Source of the DNA: Squalus acanthias
Taxonomy: Eukaryota
DNA length: 64,000 nt
Reading direction: 5' to 3'
NCBI GenBank assembly: GCA_030390025.1
Contig: CM059432.1
Span: 117,864,001-117,928,000, forward strand
Part shown: positions 25,408 through 38,100 of the stretch, in pieces
Layout: the number at the start of each line of letters is the position of its first letter
How positions within the stretch are numbered: the first letter of the stretch is position 1
Notes under the pieces: generated by a model
The model's input: the letters and a program-made list of their open reading frames with translations, nothing else
Told to the model about the DNA's origin: nothing
Databases searched by the model: none
Position numbers and translations under genes: made by a program

Positions 25408-27824
25408 CAGGAAACTCTCGTTTAAATGGCACCTAAATATCCGGAATGCTCTATTAACCGGCAAAATTCATACTCCGAAAACTCCTCCCCAATAACCGGC
25501 AATGTTGCTGAGTCCGAGTCCGAGTCTCCCGCGAATGCCGAGTTAGTCAGTGGGGGTAGTTCTCCAAAGTGCCACTACTTGGCTTCCCGGCGCTATCGGA
25601 AGTCCGAACACCACAATAACAGGAGTCTGATTCTCACGCGCTGCCGGTAGTCTCTTCTGATCCGCCATTTTACTGTGTGTCTCCCGCGCTGCTGGAAGTC
25701 TTTTCCGAGCCACCATTTTTCTGTGTGTCTCTCCATCTTTATCGTGAATTATCTCCCCCATCTTGCATTATGGAATTCCCAAAAGCTGGTCCAAGCAAAA
25801 GGAAGAGAGTGGTGTTAACTTTAAAACAGAAAATCGAGATATGCCAATGACTAGAAAGGGGAGAGAAGCGTACCAACATGATGAATGAATTTAAATCGGT
25901 TCGTCAACAATCTACGACATTAAATTGCAGAAGGATAAGCTGCTCAAGTTTTATTCAAGCTCGGAGACATCTAAGAGTGTAGAGAAACGGCGTACGCTTT
26001 GTAAGCCTAAGCTTGAAGAGCTGGATACCGTGCTTTATGAGTGGTTTTCTCTTAAGCATTCAGAGGGTGTTCCACTTTCCGGACCCATGCTAATCGAGAA
26101 AGCGAAGGATTTCTACGAAAGGATGGAGCTCACTGACAAGTGTGCTTTCTCCGAGGGATGGCTAACGTGCTTCAAGTTACGGCACGGGATACGACGACTC
26201 GATATTTCCGTGGAGAAGAAATCAGCTGATCACGACGCCGCAGAAGAATACTGCGATTATTTCAATCGGATTGTGCAGCAACATGATTTGTCGCCAGCAC
26301 AGATATATAATGCCGATGAAACTGGCTTATTTTGGAGGTTTTTGCCAGAATCAACGCTTGCTGGGGCTAGTGAGGCTAATGCTTCAGGTTACAAGAAAAA
26401 TAAAGATCGTGTAACCGTGCTAACATGTGCGAACGCTGCTGGATCACACCGGGTTAAACTTCTTGTTATTGGGAAATATAAAAATCCCCGTGCATTTAAA
26501 AATGTGAGGCACTTACCTGTTGAGTACAAAGATCAAAAAAATGCTTGGATGGATAAGGAAATCTTCTCCTATTGGTTCCATTATATTTTTGTTCCATCTG
26601 TGAGGGAACATTTCCGTAAAATAGGGAAACCTGAAGATAGCAAATGCATTTTATTGCTTGATAATTGTAGAGCCCATCCGCATGAATCTGAGTTGGTTTC
26701 GGGAAATATTTTCACCATTTATTTGCCACCAAATGTAACTTCTCTCATACAACCCATGGACCAGGGCGTTATCCAAAATCTGAAGTGTCATTACAAGAAG
26801 GACTTCCTACGTAAACTGATAAACCAAGATGACAATATTCATGCATTTCAGAAGGAATACAGTATTAAACATGTCATATATAATGTTGCATGCACCTGGA
26901 ACTTGGTGAAAGGTCACACTCTGAGGCAAGCCTGGCACAAATTGTGGCCTTATGTAATGTTTGCTGAAGGTTCTTCTTCAGAGGAGGAATTTTATGGGTT
27001 CAATCTTCGTCCCAAGAAGAGTACAATAATGGAAATGGCTGGCATGGTGAAAAATGTAAGCCCAGCAAACCCTCTACGTCACCTCAGTGAAAGTGATATT
27101 GAGCAGTGGGTTGAAGCAGATAGAGAAGTTGGTATTGTGCATGTGCTAAGTGATGATGAAATAATTGAGCGTGTTTTGAATCCAAAGAAAGAAAAGAAAA
27201 GTGAGATGGAAGGTGAAGAGGATGAGATTTCTGAAGAGAAGAAGATTTCTTGGGCTAAAGCTGCAGAAGGATTTTCTTCAATCCTCCAATTTGCTGAAAG
27301 GCAGCCTTGCTACTCTGCCCAAGAAGTTATGCAACTCCATATTCTGCATTCCACATTTCTGCAGAAAAGGCAAGAGTCCACTAAGCAAGCCGACATCCGC
27401 AACATGTTTAAGAAAGCTTCCAAAAGAGTTGAAGCAGCGGAAGTGCCTGAAAAATCTGTGGAAATGCATGATCCTGATGACCCAGCTGGCATGGATATTC
27501 CTGATGAACCAGCTGACTTGGAATAAGTGTACAGTCAACTACAGTATACAGTCTTTTATAAGTTTTGTTTTACTGTTAAGTAATTAAAGAGTTATGGATT
27601 ACCCTCAACTGGCAGTACTGTACTTAATCAAGCATCTTCCACCATCCATTTAACACAACATTCTGTAGGCGAGTACCCAATTACTGTATACTGCACATTT
27701 CTTGATTTTTTAAATTTGGTTGGTTAAAAATAGCCTCGGTAGATAACCCTCTCCATCATCCAGAATTTTTATTCAACCGGCACCACCCCAGTCCCGTCGG
27801 TGCCAGATACCAAAGAGTTTCCTG
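25408..27824 (+). mobile_element. pogo/Tigger DNA transposon, full length
   Basis: TIRs CAGGAAACTCTCGTTTAAATGGCACC and GGTGCCAGATACCAAAGAGTTTCCTG. TA target duplication (25406-25407, 27825-27826). Confidence 0.9.
25770..27526 (+). pseudogene. Tigger/Jerky-like transposase (CENP-B-type HTH and DDD domain) with N-terminal stop and frameshift
   Basis: MEFPKAGPSKRKRVVLTLKQKIEICQ then TGA at 25848 and a frameshift near 25895. The following 533-aa open frame has [27 protein letters not shown]. Confidence 0.9.
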
Positions 27825-28104
27825 TATGTTATATTTAATATAGTTAATGACCCAGATTAGAAAAAGTAAAGTGAAGGATTTAATAATGAAACTGCATTTC
27901 CCAGCCTGGACTGTTGGCCTAGTTCTCCATGATGTCTTCCTATGAACTCTAATTTTTTTTTCAGGCCACACTTCCAGCCTGTGCCAAGTCATGCACAAAG
28001 TCAGGGCCCAAGTCACACGTATGCCAAATGACACTGAAATCCCTGCATGCATAAGGGCCCAACAAGAAGCACCGAGGGCTCACATGTAGCAGAGTCCAAG
28101 AAAC

Positions 28105-28195
28105 AACATAACAACAACAACTTCCATTTCGAACGCACCTTTAACATAGTATAATGTCCCAGAGCGCTTCACGGGAGCATTAGCAAACAAAATTT
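28105..28195 (-). mobile_element. L2-type 3' tail fragment
   Basis: (CAA)n followed by the reverse complement of the L2 tail. Confidence 0.6.
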
Positions 28196-28198
28196 GAT

Positions 28199-28975
28199 GG
28201 CCCGGAATTTGAGGTCCTGATGACGGAGAACTGGCAGCATTCACCATCATTCTGCTTTTGAAACTGACCACTACTTCGGGATTTGACGCATGCGCAGGCG
28301 GAAATCCTGAAGTTGCAATCTGTCATTCACTGCTCCGATACAGGCTGCGCTGTGCCCCCCACCCCCCAACCCCACAGAGCCGGCAATCAGTGTAATCACC
28401 CAAATCAGTGAAACTGACGAAAAGGTCGGCTCTTCAGTAGTAATTACGCTGTTAAATTCCCCACTAAATGTTAGCCCCTTTAGGATTAGGTGTAACTGTA
28501 GTTTTAACAGCGTATTGACTGCTAAACAAAGGTTATGGCCCTGACAAACTAATTTTAATTTTGTGCAGTGTCAAATTTATCCATTTTAATCAAATTTAAA
28601 TTTTTTAAGAAACTTAAACTTTTTTTTTAATTTCTAAAGTTTTTCATCTTTATTTCAGGTTTTCCTTTTCCCCATGTGAGAGCCTCAATCTTTCTTTTGC
28701 TCTCTGTAACATTTATAAAAAGTTAGAATTTTAGGAGCTTACCCACTTCCTGGTTCGCTCTCTGTGAGAATTCGGCATTTTGATTGGCTGCTTAGACAGC
28801 CTGTTGACATCACAGCAGCTCTTCGCTGGGAATCCCCAATATCATCCGTTGATTTCAACTACTCGTCGGAAAACCCAAAATTCTCGACACAGTGATCGCG
28901 AGATCTTGGTGCGAAGCTTACTTTGGCGCCAGCGGCGAACGTTTTTGCTTCGCCGCTGACCGCAAATTCTGGGCC
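28199..28975. mobile_element. Harbinger-type MITE
   Basis: TIRs GGCCCGGAATTTG and CAAATTCTGGGCC, 3-bp TSD GAT. Confidence 0.85.
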
Positions 28976-29916
28976 GATATCTTTATATTTAATTTTTTTT
29001 TTTTAAATGATGGCGTAGATTTTCATCTTCACTGCCTGGGCAGTAATCTGGTGAAGCTGATCCACTCACCCATTGTACAACCATTGTGGACTGAAAATCA
29101 GGTGGGTTCTCTAACGGCACGGTGATCTTCTTCACCAGCACACCTCCCAGGCAGTGAAGATAAAACAAAATCCCTATGCAATTCCTCATTTTTCTTACTA
29201 TATCATAAATTTAATTGTTAAAGTTGTAGAGTGGTGTCTCAAAACGCAATATGGCTGCCAAGATTACTTTGAAAAAGCTATTTGAGTAATCTGTTTGGTT
29301 TTGTGTTAATTGTTGGTTCCTGATTGGTAGCTTTGAAAATAGAAAATCGGCAATTTTGATTGGTTGTCTGTGGATTCATCATCTGTGATTCATAGTACTA
29401 GCTTTTCCTGCCTATCCGGTGACAATTTGATATTTGAGCAAATCCTCCTGCTTAACTTAACAGATCCCAATTATTTAAGCCAAACATTAAGCTGTGGCAT
29501 ACAGATTGAAAATGTCATACAGATTGAAAATGTCATAGATATAAGGAGGTAGAGCTTCCACTAGCTTGCGCTAGTATTATCAGTGCAAAATAGATTAAAT
29601 CAGCCAATCCAGCCTAAAAGATTGGGGAATTTTAAACGCCAGTTACGTCAAGCATAAATCGAGTATCCGCAATCTTTAATGCTGATTTAAAAATCGTTTC
29701 GCCCGAAGCTGGCCCAGCCCACAAAACTGGCCACGCCCCTGATCAAAATAATGAGGATGGCGAGTTTCCACCGCTTGCGCCCGTTTGCAGCCCTTTGAGG
29801 AGGGTTTTCAAATTGAACTTGTTTTCCTGGGCGCAGGGCACTAGTAGGCACGCTTTAAAAGTTTTTACATTTTAAAAAATATTTAATTTGCTAAGAAGAA
29901 AGAAAGAACGAAAGAA

Positions 29917-30025
29917 AGAAAGACTTGCATTTATATAGCGCCTTTCACGACCACCAGACGTCTCAAAGCACTTTACAGCCAATGAAGTACTTTTTGGAGT
30001 GTAGTTACTGTTGTAATGTGGGAAA
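29917..30025 (-). mobile_element. Deu-domain SINE 3' tail
   Basis: (GAAA)n then gacttgcatttatatagcgcctttcacgac...ctttacagccaatgaagtac. Confidence 0.65.
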
Positions 30026-30134
30026 GAAACTGACTTGTGTACCCCAATGAAACTAGTAAATAGTTCTGTATAGTTTTTTTAAGCCATTTTCAGTAATTTC
30101 AAATCAGGTTACTCACAGATGGAGGACTAGACAC

Positions 30135-30495
30135 TGCGGTGTGTACCATCTACAAGATGCACAGCAGCAACTCGCCAAGGCTTCTTCGGCAGCACCTCCC
30201 AAACCCGCGACCTCTTCCACCTCGAAGGACAAGGGCAGCAGGCGCATGGGAACACCACTACTTCCAAGTTCCCCTCCAAGTCACACACCATCCTGACTTA
30301 GAAGTATATCGCCTATCCTTCATCGTCGCTGGGTCAAAATCCTGGAACTCCCTCCCTAACAGCACTGTGGGAGTGCCTTCACCACACGGACTGCAGTGGT
30401 TCAAGAAGGCGGCTCACCACCACCTTCTCAAGGGCAATTAGGGATGGGCAATAAATGCAGGCTTTGCCAGTGACGCCCACATCCCATAAACAAAT
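30135..30495 (+). mobile_element. 5'-truncated copy of the tRNA-headed LINE
   Basis: VCTIYKMH.SNSPRLLRQHLPNPRP..KAAHHHLLKGN plus the family 3' tail. Confidence 0.9.
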
Positions 30496-31593
30496 ATTTT
30501 TAAAAAATGCTTGTTTTTTGTGATAAACCCATTTTCATCTGCATGGATAAAACTGCACCAGGTTACCTTTCTTAAATATATCATGGAATGTTTTTTAATA
30601 CAAAAGAAAAAAAAAATATTATGTTCTATTACGCTGACTGATTGCGCTGGTTCAAGGAAGATTTTATGTTTGTGATTATGCAAATTAATTTTACCGGAAA
30701 CTTGAACTGTAATGTAACCAGCACAATTAAATGCCCCAACCTCAGGAAATGGGCCAGTGCTGGCAAGAAGTCAGCCGAAGTCCCACCGCACCAAAGATCT
30801 GCCCTAAGTACAATCTCTCATCTGTGCTGAGTTAACTGATCTTAGCTGGCCATAGATGGGGCACTGCAGTTGGCCTCACGATCTCCAAACTAGGTCAGAG
30901 AGAAAAAAAAGCAGGGTTCGTGTTCCTGGCCACTGCATTATAACCTCTGCTGGCAAATGTGCAAGTGCGGGTTGCCTCCTGACACTCATTGCCGAGGCTA
31001 ATGATGTAGATTGGCTAATTGAGTAAAGCGGGCTGATGATGTATGTGGAACTATATGAAAACATGAATCATAGCATTCAGGAGCTGATGGAAAAAAATCG
31101 GAAAGATAAAACATACAAAGTAAATTTTCCAAGACTCCATGCTGGCACGATTCTTGCTTGGCGTGAATGCAGATTCGAGAATCAGGTATGAGCTCAGCAT
31201 GCTGTATTTGGCGTGCTCCAAACTCATAGAATCATAGGGGGAAAAATTAGGTCGCGCCCCGTTTGGGGCGTAAATATCATCTGGACGCAAAAATTAGCGC
31301 CTGGCGCTAATTATCGCCACTGACTGGAAACTTCACTTTTACCGCCCCGGGAGGTGAGTGGAGCGCTAAATCAGGCGCTGCACACCTGTCTTAAGGCACA
31401 AAGGCCGAGCAGTGAGGCACTAACTCAGCGCGCGAGCGCAGCGCAGGTGCTGCCAGTTAGCGAGGGAACACAGACACACTGGCGCCGGCCAGTTCTTAAA
31501 GGGGGGGGCCAACTTGCTCCCCAGCCACACCCTGCTCATTGCAGCCTTGAATCTCGGCCTGGAGAGACCTGTGAATCCATTTTGCTGCCAAGG

Positions 31594-33467
31594 ATGGAGA
31601 GGGTGAGAGAACGAGCTCAGCGCTTCACCGAGCGGGCCTTGGATGCTCTGGTTGGCGCGGTGGAGCGCAGAAGATCTATACTCTTCCCTGAGAGTGGCAG
31701 GAGGCCTTTGCCACGCGAGTACAGAAGAGTGTGGAGGGAGGTGGCTCAGAGCGTCTCCTCCAGGAGCATGGTGCCCAGGACCCATGTTCAATGCCGCAAA
31801 AAGTTCAACGACCTCACTCGGGTCGTCAGGGTGAGTGGCTTTTTCTCAATACCTCTCCATCCCTCCATCTCAACCTCACTCTATGGCCAGAGGGTCTTAA
31901 AACCCCAATGCACAACACTCATCCAACACCTATGGCCCTTTCATGAAACACACACACACATTCCACACTTTGCATACAGTAAGGGCTATTCACCTATGGG
32001 AGGCACATCAGGCAAGACCATGGCTGCATACAGTAAGGGCTATTCACCTATGGGAGGCACATCAGGCAAGACCATGGCTGCATACAGTAAGGGCTATTCA
32101 CCTATGGGAGGCACATCAGGCAAGATCATGGCTGTATATTTACTCAGATGCTGTCCTTTTTCTTGCAGGCCAAGCTGGCGCATAATAGGAGACAGCAGCA
32201 ACGGACAGTTGGAGGGCGGCCTCAGCTGCAACCCCTCAGCGATCTTGAGGAGCGCGTCCACAGGATTGTGGCAAGCCGGGTGATCGGTCCCGTCGCCACT
32301 GGAGACGCCGACCCCGTTCTGGACAGCAATGGTAAGGTCATCACCTTTTTGTCCTCTGTCCTTCCACTTGTCCCTCACAACACCAGCCTTTGACACTTTC
32401 AATCCAACTTGCTAACTCGCTGCACTTATTCCTCCCTTACTGCCACCCTGTCCTCACGCTAAAGCCACTCTTGTACCTCCCTGCTTTCAGATGGTGATTC
32501 ACCAGCTGAGGAGACGGGCCCTGAAGCTGCCAGTGGGAGTGAAGCTGCAGCCGAGGAGGAAGAGGAAGCCGGAGCATCAGTGCCACCCTCTCCCGAGGAA
32601 GCCCATGCCCACACTGGGAACACGCCTTCCCTGGAGGGGAGCAGGGAGTAAGGGTCTGATGAGGGTGAAGCTCCAGGACCCAGCGGGCTGCAGCAACGCC
32701 ATGGGGGTAGGGAAGCTCGGGGGCCTTCTCCCGAGAGGGAGAGTATGCCAGCGACTCCTACTGCAATGGACGCAGAGGAGGAGCGGCTGATCGCAGAAAT
32801 GAACACCCAGGCGGTGGGCATGCACACTGAGCTCATGGGTGCAGTGGGAAGGGTGCCCAAATGCATTGAGTCACTGGCAAGTAGTGTGGAGCACTTCGCT
32901 GTAGCACAGGCGGATGCCACACTAATGCTTAGTGCTGCAATTCAGTCACTGACTGCCGTGATCCCATCTCTGACTGCTCTCATGCAGACTCAGATTGAGG
33001 CCACGCGAGCACTGACTGCTGCCAACCTCGATGGTTCGTTCACATGTCCCCGGGGCTCTCACCGCGCCGCAGCTGGCCAGCAATCTGTTCTCCAGCAGAT
33101 TGCTCCGGATGCTGAAGTGCTGCCCCGTGGGAGTGCCAGTGTGTCGGTCGAGCAGGGAGTTGCTGTCCTCTCTCACGATGACAGCATTCCTGCTGCCAAC
33201 ACTGTCACTTCTCCACTGCACTTGCCACCGCCTGTAGGACAGACTGCTGCCGCCCATGCAGAGTTGGTGCAGTCTGCAGCCGGGCCCTCCAGGCCCAGAA
33301 CTGGTCGAGGCCGTCCTTCAGGGGCATCTGCAGTGTCAGGGTCTGACAATCAGCAGCCTTCCACCAGCCTTGCTGCAGCCACTGAGGTCCCATTACGGAG
33401 GAGCAGTAGGGTTAGAAGGGGGGAAGTGCGCAAGGGAAGGAGATCACCCTCGAAGGGCAAAAAGTAG
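31594..33467 (+). pseudogene. Harbinger Myb/SANT-like protein, 3 exons (31594-31830, 32169-32331, 32491-33467), one in-frame TAA at 32649
   Basis: MERVRERAQRFTERALDALV..WREVAQSVSS..PRTHVQCRKKFNDL. GT-AG introns with consistent phases 0 and 1. Confidence 0.85.
31971..32132 (+). repeat. 54-bp tandem repeat x3 in Myb intron 1
   Basis: Unit tgcatacagtaagggctattcacctatgggaggcacatcaggcaagaccatggc, nearly identical copies. Confidence 0.95.
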
Positions 33468-33779
33468 GAGGTGTGACAAAATGCTGGTCATTTTTTTATT
33501 AAAGGCCGAGGTTCGTGGTCCAACTTTTGTCTAGTGTTTTGGACATTATCTCCAGGTTGTGAGAACCAGTTATGTTAATGACTGTTTTTTTGTGTTTATT
33601 TCTATGAGTTTGTCATGAGGAAATGACACACACAGAGTTTGTAAAATAAATAAGTTTTTGTATTCAAAATATACATGTTTGGTGTTTGGAATCATTGGTG
33701 CCTTGGCCGGCTTAGGGGTTGCGTGCTGGGTTCATTGATGTTGTTAGCAATGGCAGAAGCCATTTCCACAGCAGGGGCC

Positions 33780-34940
33780 CTAGAAGTGGCTTGCTATCAG
33801 CCGTTGACGGACGGCCCTTGCAGTTTCACCATTGTGGGCCGCCCTCCCGCCTTGGTGCTGCTGATGATCATCCTCCTCGTCCTCTTCCTCCTCTTCCTCC
33901 TCCTCCTCTGGTGGTGCTCCAAGGCCTGGTGGCATTGGCTGGGTCCTGACGATTGCCATGTTATGCAACATGCAGCACACAACTACGAAGTTGGATACTC
34001 GCTCAGGCGAGTACTGCAGGGCTCCTCCAGAATGGTCGAGACAGCGGAACCGTTGCTTCAGCATGCCGATTGTGCGCTCAATGATGTTCCTGGTAGCTTG
34101 ATGGCTCTCGTTGTACCGCAGCTCAGCAGGGGTGTTGGGCGTACGGAGCGGTGTCATCAGCCAGGTGCTCAATGGATACCCCTTGTCTCCAAGAAGCCAA
34201 CCAACTGGCTGATGCGGTGCCTCGAAAAGTTCTGCCACAGTAGTCTGGCGCAGGATGAAAGCATCGTGGCAGCTGCCAGGATAGTGGGCATTGACAGCGA
34301 GTATCAGCTGTCTGTGGTCACAGACCAACTGAACATTCAAGGAATGGAACCCCTTTCTGTTCCGGAATTCCTCGGCATTCTCATGTGGAGCACGCAAAGC
34401 CACATGCGTGCAGTCAATGGCGCCCTGCACCATGGGGAAGCCCGCTATCCTCGCAAAGCCCAGAGCGCGGTCACGCTGCTTGTCTGGGGTCATGGGGAAA
34501 GAGATGAACTCTCGTCTCCTTTTAAAGAGGGCATTTGTGACCTGCCGGATGCAGCAATGCACCGCGAACTGGGAGATATTGGCGAGGTCCCCAGCAGCAG
34601 CTTGAAATGAGCCAGTAGCATAGAAGTTGAGAGCCACTGTGACCTTCACTGCCACCGACAGAGACGTCCTGGACCTCAGTTGAGGCTGCAGATCTGGCTG
34701 CAGCAGGTGGCAGAGCTCAGTGACCACCTCCTTGCTGAATCGCAGCCTTCGCAAACACAGCTCCTCAGACAAATGAATGTAGGAGAGCTGTTCACGATAT
34801 ACCCTGGGAGGGTAAGCTCTCCTGTACATACGCCTGTTGGCCCTCCTCCATCTGGTCATCATTGCCACTCTCTCTCTGCGTCTCTGTGTCCTCCGATTCA
34901 ACTGGAGCAGGACGACGCCCCCAATCAGTGCAGCCCCCAT
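33780..34940 (-). CDS. Harbinger (HARBI1-family) DDE transposase, uninterrupted 386-aa ORF
   Basis: ATG at 34940. Motifs [69 protein letters not shown]. Confidence 0.9.
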   Translation of the reverse strand: MGAALIGGVVLLQLNRRTQRRRERVAMMTRWRRANRRMYRRAYPPRVYREQLSYIHLSEELCLRRLRFSKEVVTELCHLLQPDLQPQLRSRTSLSVAVKVTVALNFYATGSFQAAAGDLANISQFAVHCCIRQVTNALFKRRREFISFPMTPDKQRDRALGFARIAGFPMVQGAIDCTHVALRAPHENAEEFRNRKGFHSLNVQLVCDHRQLILAVNAHYPGSCHDAFILRQTTVAELFEAPHQPVGWLLGDKGYPLSTWLMTPLRTPNTPAELRYNESHQATRNIIERTIGMLKQRFRCLDHSGGALQYSPERVSNFVVVCCMLHNMAIVRTQPMPPGLGAPPEEEEEEEEEDEEDDHQQHQGGRAAHNGETARAVRQRLIASHF

Positions 34941-35448
34941 AGTCTCTTTGCAAGCAAAGTTATGAAGGACAGCAACCAAAGTACCAGCGAAGTTAGGATC
35001 AGTAGGCAAAACTACCTCACAAAGCGTTGACTCAATGCAGAAGTCTCTCTTTCTCTCTCTCCGAATCTCTCTCTCTCTCAGAATGAGTGGTGCAAAAATG
35101 TCAACCACAGAAAAAGACAGGAAGAGGCCCCTTTAAATAGCGCCCCCCCCAGCCCCACAGCGATTGATAGCGTTCCAGTCTTCCGGTCGTTGGATGTGCC
35201 AGGCGGTAAGGCAGGGGGCGCCACTCAATTTCCGCTCCGGGGCGCCACAAGGGCATTGCACCATGGAATGACGTCACAATCTGCGCGCGCAGGTGTTCGC
35301 GGCGGCAAAGTTTAGCGCTGCTGCACAATGTCTAGTTAAGTTCCCGAGCGGCGCAAACATCGCTGCGCCCGGGCGCTAGCAGCTTTGCGCCCCATTAGCG
35401 CCCTCTTAAGGCGCTAACGGGAGGCGCAACCAACTGAATTTTTCCCCC

Positions 35449-35860
35449 ATAGAATCATAGAGCACAGAAGAAGGCTATTTGGACCATCGTCCCTGTACCG
35501 GCTCTCTGAAAGAGCTATCCAATTAGTTCCACTCCTTTGCTATTTCCCCATAGCCCTGCAAATTTCTCCTTTCAAGTATATATCCAATTAAAAGTTACTA
35601 TTGAATCTGCCTCCACCAACCTTTCAGGCAATGCATTCCAGATCATAATAACTCGCTGTGTAAAACAATTTCTCCTCACCTCTCCTCTGGTTCTTTTGCC
35701 AATCACCTTAAACCTGTGTCCTCTGGTTACTGACCCACCCGCCAGTGGAAACAGAGTATCCTTATTAAAACCCCTCATAATTTTGAACACCTCGATTAAA
35801 TCTCCCCTTAACCTTCCCTGCTCCAAGGAGAACAATTCCAGCTTCTCTAATCTCTCCATA
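35449..35860 (-). mobile_element. CR1 LINE 3' fragment
   Basis: ERLEKLELFSLEQGRLRGDLIEVFKI..TRGHRFK. Confidence 0.85.
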
Positions 35861-37049
35861 GAGAGACTCTTTGAGTTATTAATTTCAGTGATCAGGAAAG
35901 CAGTGCACCCTGAATTGCATGTTCCTGCCTCTGTGCCCAATTTTCCATCATGTGATGCTGCCTCTGGGTGCAGAGTCTCAGTTTTATCACTCCTCCTTAT
36001 TCTCAGTTTCTAGCTCGGTTCCATATCTCTTTTCAAGGATGTTTTTAGTGGGATGTGATTAACTGTTTCATCAGCAAAATGGGAAAAGTTCTGAACATTT
36101 TTCAGTATGATTGAAAATCATGGCCACCTGCGTGCATCACTGAAGGCTCATCATGAGCCAACATACCATGACAACTCCTTGCTTCTTGCCACTTTCCTTA
36201 AATGATTACTGCAGTGTACTGCAGCAGTGGCCAGGGTGCCTCGGAGAGTCAGCTGCCATTATTTTGTGTGGTCACAAAAATAATAAGGCTGTTGTGACAT
36301 TAGTAAATCTTATACAGTTGAGAGCTCACCGAAGGCAACCAGGTAATATAAGATACCTGGCACTGTCAATATTTGTAATAGATATATATGTGTGTATATA
36401 TATATATAGAGAGAGAGAGAGCTGCAATGGTTTTAACGTTACAAAAATTCAATGGATGATGCTCAACGAACACAATATTTTTCTTCTGTGTTTTATGAAG
36501 ATTAAAATTTATACAGCATTTTGTTCAAATTAAAAATCAAAATTCAGGACTCTATTGTCATAGCGCAGGAATGTGGGTGGGGGCAGGAGGTAAGTTCAAT
36601 TTTGTGCATCATTGAGAGCTACGGATAACATATTTGGGCGGATATATTCAATGGCTGCCTTCACTGCTGCTGGAGGTGATGGTGATTGGCGGAGCGTCAG
36701 TAGAATTGTTCCCCAGGCAATTTCCCGCTCCCATGCACTGCACATATATCTGAAATCAGGCAGATTCTGAAGACAAAATCCTGGCTGTTGTGCTGCACAT
36801 ACACAAAGTGGCAAGGTGCCTCTCTGCAGTACATGATTAATTGTTGGTGTCACCTTAAAGGATTTCATCTATCATTGGTGACAACTGAAGGTTGTATGGC
36901 CAAATGCAGTGGTAGCAATGAGCCTGTTGATCCTCTAGCATTGTGTTGGGGGATTCTGATCTCATAACAAGAATTTTTAGGAACAAGAAAAGGCTGCTAG
37001 GCTCAACAAACTCATCCCATTCTGATAGATACCAAGGCTATTAGATTAT

Positions 37050-37428
37050 CAGATTATCAGAGGTGTTCAGAATCATGAAGGGTTTTGATAAAGTAAATAA
37101 GGAGAAACTGTTTCCAGTGGCAGAAGAGTCGGTAACCAGAGAACACAGATTTAAGGTGATTGGCAAAAGAACCAGAGGCGACACGAAGAAACATTTATTT
37201 AAGCAGTGAGTTGTTGTGATCTGGAATGCACTGCTTGAAAGGGTGGTGGAAGCAGATTCAATAGTAACTTTCAAAAGGGAATTAGATAAATTCTTGAAGG
37301 GAAATTTTTTACAGGGCTATGGGGAAAGAGCAGGGGAGTGGGACTAATTGGATGCTCTACAAAGAGCTGGCACAGGCACAATGGGCTGAATGGCCTCCTT
37401 CTGTGCTGTATCATTCTGTGATTCTAGA
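37050..37428 (+). mobile_element. CR1 LINE 3' fragment
   Basis: EVFRIMKGFDKVNKEKLFP, with tail gctgaatggcctccttctgtgctg. Confidence 0.85.
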
Positions 37429-38100
37429 ACTCAGTAGTAGTACTCCAGAACTTGTGCAGGTAAGGCAAAATTTTCCGCTTGGTAGTTTTGGTACCATCGG
37501 CGGGATTTGGTCGTGGAAATTGTGTACTAATTAATCTTACTTAGACCGCTCCAGAAAATCTTCCTCTCAACAGTATTTTCTGTTTTGGGCTCAATTTGAG
37601 CAGTGGCCTCATTTTGCACACCCAGTGGTAGAAATTGGACCTTGGAGTGCTGTTCCTGGGTCCACAGCACTCCTGACAGCTGGTGCTGGCCTCGATCGGC
37701 TCCCTCTCACTTTGCCTATGGCCACTACCTGAGGCCTCTGCCGACGAAACAAGCGGCCTTTAAATTCATTGCTGCAAAAGGGCGAGATGCTTGCGGCGGT
37801 GTGACACCTGGCAGCAGCTCATCCAGATTATTGAGATGAAATTAGCCTCAGGCCTCCCGGTTCACTCACACATTGTGGCTGCATCTTCGCCTTCGTGCCT
37901 GAAACCGGGACAGATTTCCACCCCACCCCCCAAAATATTTCTTCCGCTCCTACAGACCGTGTGTTAAATATAATCAGCCGGAGTCAATCAAACTTAAAGC
38001 GATACAGGTGTTATTTGGGATGCATTTGTCCTGGAGTTTCAGAACAGACCACAAAGGAAATGCTTATTAGACAAGAAGGCAATCACTGCCTCCAATATCA

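Larger units (their letters stand above)
31237..35448. mobile_element. Full-length PIF/Harbinger transposon (4212 bp)
   Basis: TIRs GGGGGAAAAATT and AATTTTTCCCCC, 3-bp TSD ATA, two convergent genes. Inserted in the (ATAGAATC)n tail of a CR1. Confidence 0.95.

Noticed and set aside
25925..27526. Host TIGD/JRKL gene
   Set aside because: Bounded by TIRs with a TA TSD and disrupted at the N-terminus.
33675..34610. 311-aa plus-strand ORF
   Set aside because: Antisense shadow of the Harbinger transposase.
33780..34940. Host HARBI1 gene
   Set aside because: Lies within TIRs beside a Myb partner gene, with many paralogous decayed copies nearby.
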